Assembly: GCF_039654945.1 (NCBI RefSeq)
Contig: NW_027361688.1
Location: forward strand, 1,550,001-1,614,000
DNA from: Dendrobates tinctorius
Taxonomy: Eukaryota
Reading direction: 5' to 3'
DNA: 64,000 nucleotides
Every line of letters begins with the position of its first letter. Positions within the stretch are counted from its first letter, which is position 1. Shown here piece by piece: positions 55,373-64,000 of this stretch. The notes under the pieces were generated by a model. That model was not told the origin of the DNA, made no database searches, and saw nothing but the letters and a program-made list of their open reading frames with translations. The position numbers were made by a program, and so were the translations under genes.

Positions 55373-55734
55373 ACTGTATCAGTTATAGTTATTACTATTT
55401 TTGGGGGAAGAGCATTCCAGAAAATTGGTGCAATTCATGAAGTTGGAAGTGGGAGGTATGGATTAGTGCGGATATTAGTTGAAAGTCTCTTGCGGAGTGT
55501 AATGTGCGGGAAGGTCGATATACAGTAATGAGGGGGCTGCACTGTGTACATCGGTATAGTGCAGGAATCTCTTCATATAGAGCTATATACTGATGTGTAT
55601 ACCAAGATAGTGCTGTTTTGTCCACCCATAGTACCAAACACCCCTATCTAGTGCTGTATATGTCCTTACAATGAAGTTATATTGTGCTATATATCCCTAT
55701 AGTGTTACATATCACTATAGTACAGTATTCCTCC

Positions 55735-56531
55735 ATATCACTTCCCATGTGGTGCTGTATATCTATCGCCATATAGTGTCACCCTCCATGTGGTGCCGTA
55801 TATCTCCATATAGTGTCACCCCCCATGTGGTGCTGTATATCGCCATATAGTGTCACCCCCCATGTGGTGCTGTATATCGCCATATAGTGTCACCCTCCAG
55901 GTGGTGCCGTATATCGCCATATAGTGTCACCCCCATGTGGTGCTGTATATCGCCATATAGTGTCACCCCCCACGTGGTGCCGTATATCGCCATATAGTGT
56001 CACCCCCCACGTGGTGCCATATATCGCCATATAGTGTCACCCCCCACGTGGTGCCGTATATTGCCATATAGTGTCACCCTCCAGGTGGTGCCGTATATCG
56101 CCATATAGTGTCACCCCCATGTGGTGCCGTATATCGCCATATAGTGTCACCCCCCATGTGGTGCTGTATATCGCCATATAGTGTCACCCCCCCATGTGGT
56201 GCTGTATATCGCCATATAGTGTCACCCCCCCATGTGGTGCTGTATATCGCCATATAGTGTCACCCCCCATGTGGTGCTGTATATCGCCATATAGTGTCAC
56301 CCCCCATGTGGTGCTGTATATCGCCATATAGTGTCACCCCCCATGTGGTGCTGTATATCGCCATATAGTGTCACCCCCCCATGTGGTGCTATATATCGCC
56401 ATATAGTGTCACCCCCATGTGGTGCTGTATATCGCCATTTAGTGTCACCCCCCATGTGGTGCTGTATATCGCCATATAGTGTCACCCCCCCATGTGGTGC
56501 TGTATATCGCCATATAGTGTCACCCTCCATC
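55735..56531. repeat. 36-38-bp satellite, second array
   Basis: Same unit and variant order as 41305-42030. Confidence 0.95.
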
Positions 56532-56690
56532 CATAGTGCTGGATACAGGATATCACGCCTTATACACTGAATATCGGGCTGTATTCCTGGTTATGATGCG
56601 GTCTGTGCCCAAATACTACAATACTCCCTCCATATAGTGCTGTATACGGCCACATAGCGCTATATGATGTTTCCCTCCACACAGCGCTGA

Positions 56691-56933
56691 GCACCACGTG
56701 TTACACTGAGGAGAACAAGGAGCGCGAGAAACTATCAGCCGTTGGGCGGGAATTTCATATTCAGTGCTCAGCCAATCAGCACTCAGTAGGGCTATGGCTC
56801 CGCCCACAGGGTCACTTCCTGGAAGACACTCAGTGTTAACCCTTCAGTGGCCGATGTTTCCGACTCCCATAGAGCAGAGCAGACTGCAGCCATCGGGCAC
56901 AGCGCGGTCACCAGCCCCTCCCCCAGCAGCAGA
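56691..56933 (-). promoter_or_regulatory. Repeated cassette, copy E
   Basis: Duplicate of copy C. Confidence 0.55.
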
Positions 56934-57090
56934 AGCAAATCACTGATCATCATTGGGAATGTCTGAGGAGCAAAGGGTTATATCTTGTTGTTTACCATGA
57001 TATAGCGTTATATACCTTCATATAGTGCTATATATCCCCCATATCCTGCTGTGTACCATCATACACCGTTTTATCTATTTTATATATAAG

Positions 57091-60000
57091 GTGTAGAAAA
57101 GCCGGAGGCTTGGATGGAATCCTACCAGAAATGCTGAGGTACAGCCCACCAGAAATACAGGCTGCAATGGTTAAACTGTTCAATATTGTGCTAAGTGCCG
57201 GCTACTTCCTTGTACGTGGAACCAAGGCCTCATCACACCCATCCACAAGAATAAAGGATGGAATCTCCAGCGCTGGACTTCAGTTAAAAATACATCATTT
57301 ATTGTAAATTCTTAAAATCGAACAGAAAAAAGTGTGGATAAGGACATACAGGCAGATGGGGTCTCTGGTGGTCTCCAACCAACGCGTTTCGACCTAGAGG
57401 GTCTTACTCATGGTTCATCAATACAATAAATGATGTATTTTTAACTGAAGTCCAGCGCTGGAGATTCCATCCTTTATTTTGCTTCAGTCAACACCCCTGA
57501 TCAAGGTGACTCCGTGCGCAGGAGGATTATGGATCGCAACCGAGACTGGTGAGCTGACCTCCCTTCATTTTCCCTATCCTTCTATAATTACATCCACAAG
57601 AATGGGGACAGGTACGACCCAGCCAACTACAGAGGAATATGTGTCAGCAGCAACCTGGGAAAACTGTTCAACAGCATCCTGAACAAGAGGATCCTCAGTT
57701 TCCTCACTGAGCACAACGTCCCCAGCAAGAGCCAAGCAGGCTTCATGCCAAACCACCGCACTACTGAACACATCTACACCCTGCACAGCCTCATTCAGAG
57801 ACACGTCCACAATACAAAGAACGGGAAGATATACGCCTGTTTCGTGGACTTTAAAAGGCCTTTGATTCGGTGTGGCACCCAGACTTATCCCTGAAATTAC
57901 TGGAGAGCGGAATAGGAGGAAAGACCTACGATGTTATGAAAAGCTCCTACACCGAGAACCTCTGCAGTGTGAGTGTGAGCGGCAGAAGAACGGCCTATTT
58001 CCAGCAGTGCCGGGGAGTCAGACAAGGCTGCAGCCCAAGCCCAACGCTCTTCAACATTTACATCAACGAGCTGGTTACCGCTCTGGAATCTTCCACAGCA
58101 CCAGGTCTCACCTTCCATGACGCGCAGGTGAAATTCCTGCTGTATTCAGATGACCTGCTGCTTCTGGCCCCAACCGAGAAAGGCCTCCAAGACAACCTGA
58201 AAATCTTAGAGAAATTCAGCTCCACCTGGGCTCTACCGGTCAACCTAAAGAAAACCAACATCATGGTGTTCCAGAAGAGAAAGAGAAAATCAGACCAGCA
58301 CCCTTCATTTATCCTCAACAACTGCGCCCTTACAGGAACGGACAAATATACCTACCTGGGCCTAGAGATTCACTGGTCAGGGAGTTCAAACAAGCCATAG
58401 AGACCCTGAAAGATAAGGCCTGCAAAACCTATGCCATCCGAAAGAAACTCTACCATCTGAAGCCACCAGTGAGGGTCTTGTTAAAAATCTTCGACTCTAT
58501 CATCGCCCCAATCCTCCTGTATGGCAGCGAAATCTGGGGTCCTCACACCTACCCAGACTGGTCAAGGTGGGATTCCAGCCCAACAGAAATATTCCACCTG
58601 GAATTCTGCAAGCACCTTCTCAAAGTCCATCGGAGCACCTCCAACAGCGCTTGCCGGGCCGAGCTGGGCAGATTCCCTCTACACCTAACGGTCCTAAAGA
58701 GGGCACTGTCATTCCGGGCTCACCTACAAAGGAGCAATCCAAGCTCCCATCACCATAAAGCCCTGACACATGTAGGTGAAACAGAAAAACCAGGACCCTT
58801 GGAACAGCCCACCCAAACCCAACCTGACCAGAACACCAATCACAACAACCTGACAAAAGCCGGAATCAGGAAGATGGTAGACGAAGGCCAGGAGAGGTAC
58901 GTAAGTGACTGGAAGAACGACATCATCAGCTCACAGAAACCATGTACCGGAGTCTACAGAGAGACTACAGTCATGGCCAAAAGTTTAGAGAATGACACAA
59001 ATATTATATTTTCACATGATCTGCTGCCCTCTGGTTTTTATGTGTGTTTGTCAGATGTTGTTATCACATACAGAAATATAATTGCAATCATATTTTGAGT
59101 AACAAAAGGTTATATTGACAGAATGAGATAATACAGCAAGTCAATATTTGCAGTGTTGACCCTTCTTCTTCAGGACCGCAGCAATTCTCCCTGGCATGCT
59201 CTCAATTAACTTCTGGATCAAATCCTGACTGATAGTAGTCCATTCTTGCAAAATCAATGCTTTTATTTTGTCTGAATTTGAAGGTTTTTGTTTGTCCACC
59301 CGTCTCTTGATGATTGACCACAAGTTCTCAATGGGATTAAGATCTGGGGAGTTTCCAGGCCGTGGTCCCAAAATCTCTATGTTTTGTTCCCTGAGCCATT
59401 TAGTTATCACCTTTGCTTTATGGCAAGGTGCTCCATCATGTTGAAAAAGGCATTGATGATCGCCAAACTGCTCTTGGACGGTTGGGAGAAGTTGCTCTTG
59501 GAGGACATTCTGGTACCATTCTTTATTCATGGCTGTGTTTTTAGGCAAGACTGAGAGAGAGCCCATTCCCTTGGCTGAGAAGCAACCCCACACATGAATG
59601 GTTTCAGGATGCTTGACAGTTGGCATGAGACAAGACTGGTGGTAGCGCTCACCTGGTCTTCTCCGAATAAGCCATTTTCCAGATGTCCCAAACAATCGAA
59701 AAGGGGATTCATCAGAGAAAATGACTTTACCGCAGTCCACTCCCTGTACCTCTTGCAGAATATCAGTCTGTCCATGATGTTTTTTTCTGGAGAGAAGTGG
59801 CTTCTTTGCTGCCCTCCTTGAGACCAGGCCTTGCTCCAAGAGTCTCCGCCTCACAGTGCGTGCAGATGCACTCACACCTGCCTGCTGCCATTCCTGAGCA
59901 AGCTCTGCACTGCTGGTAGCCCGATCCCGCAGCTGAAACACTTTTAAGAGACGGTCCTGGCGCTTGCTGGTCTTTCTTGGGCGCCCTGGAGCCATTTTGG

Positions 60001-61058
60001 CAACAAGGGAACCTCTCTCCTTGAAGTTCTTGATGATGCGATAGATTGTTGACTGAGGTGCAATCTTTCTAGCTGCGATCCTCTTCCCTGTTAGGCCATT
60101 TTTGTGCAGTGCAATGATGACTGCATGTGTTTCTTTAGAGATAACCATGGTTAACAGAAGAGAAACAATGATGCCAAGCACCAGCCTCCTTTTAAAGTGT
60201 CCAGTGGTGTCATTCTTACTTAATCATAACAGATTGCTCCATTAACACAGGTGTGGGTGTTGATGAGGACAGGGCTGGAGATCAATCACTGAAACGATGT
60301 TAGCTGGTCCTTTTAAGGCAGGGCTGCAATGATGTTGAAATGTGTTTTGGGGGATAGAGTTAATTTTCTAGGCAAATATTGACTTTGCAAGTAATTGCTG
60401 TTAAGCTGATCACTCTTTATAACATTCTGGAGTATATGCAAATTGCCATTAGAAAAAATGAAGCAGTAGACTTTGTAAGAATTAGTATGTGTCATTCTCT
60501 AAACTTTTGGCCATGACTGTACAGACTGGCCCCATATCTGGAGAAAATCCCTGACCCCAGAGACCGCAAGATCCTGAGCCGGTATAGACTCAGTGCCCAC
60601 AGTCTGGCCATCGAATCCGGCCGACACAGGCAGAGCTACAATCCTAGGGAGCAAAGACTGTGCCAACACTGTGACCAGGAGGCCCTGGAGAATCGACACC
60701 CACTACACTGCCCCAAATACTCAGCAGTGAGGGACACTCACTTCAGGAGACTCTCACATCTCTTCCCGGATTTCATCACCATGAAGGAGGAAGAGAAAAC
60801 ATATATCCTGCTGGGGGAAGAAGAGAGAGCAGTGGAGATAGCAGCGCAATATGTGAGCCAATGTAATAGACTGCGAGAAAAACAGCCATGATATGCCATG
60901 GACTTCTGTGGCCCCCACCCTGGATCTGCCCCCATCCACCTTTCCTACAGCCCCTACCCAACATCCCTACAGTCCCTATCCCTATTCCCTCTTGTACACT
61001 TGCTTTGGCAAAACTAATGTGTATTTAGTCCTGCCAATAAAGCTTCTTTGAATTGAAT
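57091..61058 (+). mobile_element. Duplicate of the 42590 LINE (Penelope-like insert at 57253-57590)
   Basis: Copy at +14501. Confidence 0.85.
58968..60519 (-). mobile_element. Duplicate DD35E Tc1 transposon (transposase 59141-60148)
   Basis: Copy at +14501 with the same insertion site. Confidence 0.95.
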
Positions 61059-61981
61059 ATCCTGCTGTATACCTCCATATAGTGCTATATCCCCTTCATA
61101 TCCTGATGTATAGCTCCATATAGTGCTATATCCCCTTCATATCCTGATGTATACCGCCATATAGTGCTGCATACACTCATGTAGCGCTACATACCTTCAT
61201 ATACTGCTGTATATATCCATATAGTGCTCTATACTCCATAAACTGCTATATACCCTCCATATACTGCTGTATCCCCCATATAGTACTATATACATTCCAT
61301 ATCCTGCTGTATACCCCATATACTACTATATACCCTCCATATCCTGCTGTATACACCATATAGTGCTTTATACTCTCTATATCCTGCTGTATACCCGCAT
61401 ATAGTGCTATATACCCTCCATATCCTGCTGTATACCCCGATATAGTGCTATATACCCTCCATATCCTGCTGTATACCCGCATATAGTGCTATATACCCTC
61501 CATATCCTGCTGTATACCCGCATATAGTGCTATATACCCTCCATATCCTGCTGTATACCCCCATATAGTGCTATATACCCTAAATATCCTGCTGTATACC
61601 CCCATATAGTGCTATATACCCACCATATCCTGCTGTATACCCCCATATACTGCTATATACCCTACATATCCTGCTGTATACCCCCATATAGTGCTTTATA
61701 CTCTCTATATCCTGCTGTATACCCGCATATAGTGCTATATACCCTCCATATCCTGCTGTATACCCCCATATAGTGCTATATACCCTCCATATCCTGCTGT
61801 ATACCCGCATATAGTGCTATATACCCTCCATATCCTGCTGTATACCCCCATATAGTGCTATATACCCTCCATATCCTGCTGCATACCCCCATATAGTGCT
61901 ATATACTCTCCATATCCTACTGTCTAACCCCATATAGTGCTATATACCCTCCATATCCTGCTGTATACCCCCACATAGTGT
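61059..61981. repeat. ~20/41-bp satellite (duplicate)
   Basis: Copy at +14501. Confidence 0.95.
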
Positions 61982-62247
61982 CGTGTTCTTGTAAACAATT
62001 ACAGGGATGCATCAACGCAGAAGATGAGGACACTAATAGGTTAATCAAATATTTCTTGGATAAATTAAGAGTAAGTGGTGCTGATACCTACTAGTGGCCC
62101 TACCACCTGCAGTGCGTCACAGTCATTATCTGTCCCGTTCCCGCCATCTCTGGCACTCTGTAGGTAATAGGAGCCGTAATATCGGCCTATGATACCACGC
62201 CGTTAGGCCCTAATCGCTTATTGATTAGTCACTTTCCACAACTGTTA

Positions 62248-62534
62248 GGCTATGTGCACACACTGCAGAATCACCTGCGGGTTTTTCCCCGCGGAACCGC
62301 AGGTAAAGTGACCTGCGGTTTCACACCTCTACTATGTTAAAGGTGTGAAACCACAGCGGAATCCGCAGAAACAATTGACATGCTGCGGTTTATAAACCGC
62401 AGCAAAACCACGCTGAAAAAAACGCAACGTGAGCACTGCGGTTTTGAAAACCCATAGGGTTACATGGTACTGTACCATGTCTGCGGAACTGCTGCGGTTC
62501 CGCAGGGCCAAAACCGCAGCGTGTGCACATAGCC
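62248..62534. mobile_element. Harbinger-type MITE (duplicate)
   Basis: Copy at +14501. Confidence 0.8.
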
Positions 62535-64000
62535 TTACGCTGTCCAACTTCTCCCTTGAAGCATGGCCCCGGTCTCCCGTGTATCGAACGTGTACTTTGG
62601 AAATCAGAGCTCACAGGATCGTCCCCTCGTCACTGGCCTGGTCACCTCTGCTCCCTCGGATTACTTAGCTCATCTCCGGTTCTGGCTACCCAGCTCTGGT
62701 AACTCATCCCCCCCAAAACCCCTTCCCCCTGTTTCTGGTTACTTGTCTCTTCGCTATATATGGTGGCCATAAACCAAACTTACGCTTCTCTAGCTTTTTT
62801 ATTCCTGCTTTTAATTGATTCTTTAATAAAAATTGTTGCTTTTCTCCTGATTGTGGTTTGTGGGATCTCTTCATTGTCCTGTAAGGACTCATATGGGACT
62901 AGTTTTGTACTTGATGTTAGACGTGCTCCGTTGATATTTGAACATTTATTGACTTACCGTAGGTATAAATTTTTGCAAAAAAAAGTTTAAAGTGAATAAC
63001 TTGAATAATAAACTCTGTTTTTTTTCTATGTTCTCTGGTTTGCTTGTGTTCCCATCATGACTAGTGAATAGGAAAGATTGTGGGTGGGAGGACAAGAAGA
63101 CGCAGGTGACGAGAAGTGCCTGAGCTCCATTGGCTCAGCTGCCTTTATAGACGCCTTCCTCAATGTAGCGGTCGTATAGTCCTATACTACATTCCACATT
63201 CACACAAGCTGCAACAAGAATTCCTAGGAACACTTGTTTCCCAATTATCAACTTTTTTTTTTGAAGAGGCCACCAATCATCCAACGAACAAGGAAAATCT
63301 ATTATCAGGCAAAATGATTTTTTAACCCCTTTCCAACCTTGACATATAGTTACACCTAAGGTCACCTCCCCCTATTTGCTGCGGGCTGAGCACACAACTT
63401 TTCCGGCACATGTCATCTGATTTCCCCTAATAGTCGCGAATGGAATCCCGATCCACCTTTGGCTGCTAACATGTTAAATGCCACTGTCAATCTCTGACAT
63501 CGTCATTTAACATGCTCGCGCCGGAAGCGCATCGCATATTATTATATATTTATATAGCGCCAATTATTCTATGGCGCTTTACATGTGAAAAGGGGAAATA
63601 TAGACAAGAATAATAAACATGTGTAAGACAAGGGACACACAAGTACATAAGGAGAGGAGACCCTGCCCGCGAGGGCTCACAGTCTACAGGGAGGGTGAGG
63701 ATAGAGTAGGAGAGGGTAGAGCTGGTTGTGTGGTGGTTCAGTAGACCGAGGATCATTGCAGGCTGTAGGCTTGCCGGAACAGGTCACTAATACCACCTAT
63801 CGACAAATGTGTCACATGACCTTGTGTTGGTATGACAAGCCGGGATCTGCAGGAAACAACTGTGGATGTCATTTCCGGACAGCTATGAGTACCACCCAGC
63901 GGTCGGCGATCACAGCAAGTGAGCATTTCTGCTACTCAGCGCAGGGCTTCAGCCGTGCTCTGTGCAGCTCAGGCAATCAGATGATTGCAGCTTCTAGTGT

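Larger units (their letters stand above)
55806..64000 (+). repeat. Near-identical segmental duplication of about 41305-49499 (offset 14,501 bp)
   Basis: ORF-track entries recur at +14501; one visible substitution (QQSRG vs QQCRG). Confidence 0.97.

Overview
Eukaryotic (most likely anuran amphibian) genomic DNA; the taxon is inferred from the histone and transposon types. Bases 1-31.9 kb are almost entirely nested transposable elements. They include an L2-type LINE whose ORF is open to the left window edge and carries a 2A-like peptide, a near-intact self-priming Ty3/Gypsy chromovirus with relatives, CR1/L2 fragments, Tc1/mariner elements, Harbinger/hAT/Kolobok-type MITEs, Penelope-type hammerhead-like motifs and minisatellites. 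From 32 kb onward lies a replication-dependent histone cluster: 3 divergent H2A-H2B pairs, 1 H3, 1 H4, an H1 3' remnant and an orphan stem-loop. It is interleaved with satellites and ends in a near-identical duplication with a 14,501-bp offset. Three observations stand out. (i) About 32 tandem copies of a 36-bp unit are built from the histone pre-mRNA 3'-processing signal (stem-loop 3' arm, cleavage site and U7-binding HDE) just upstream of H3. (ii) A promoter/first-exon-like cassette occurs five times, always in the same orientation, and is retained where the adjacent H4 gene is absent. (iii) Two Gypsy families have covarying self-priming PBSs. All three H2B genes carry an identical 128-N mask, which is probably an artefact.
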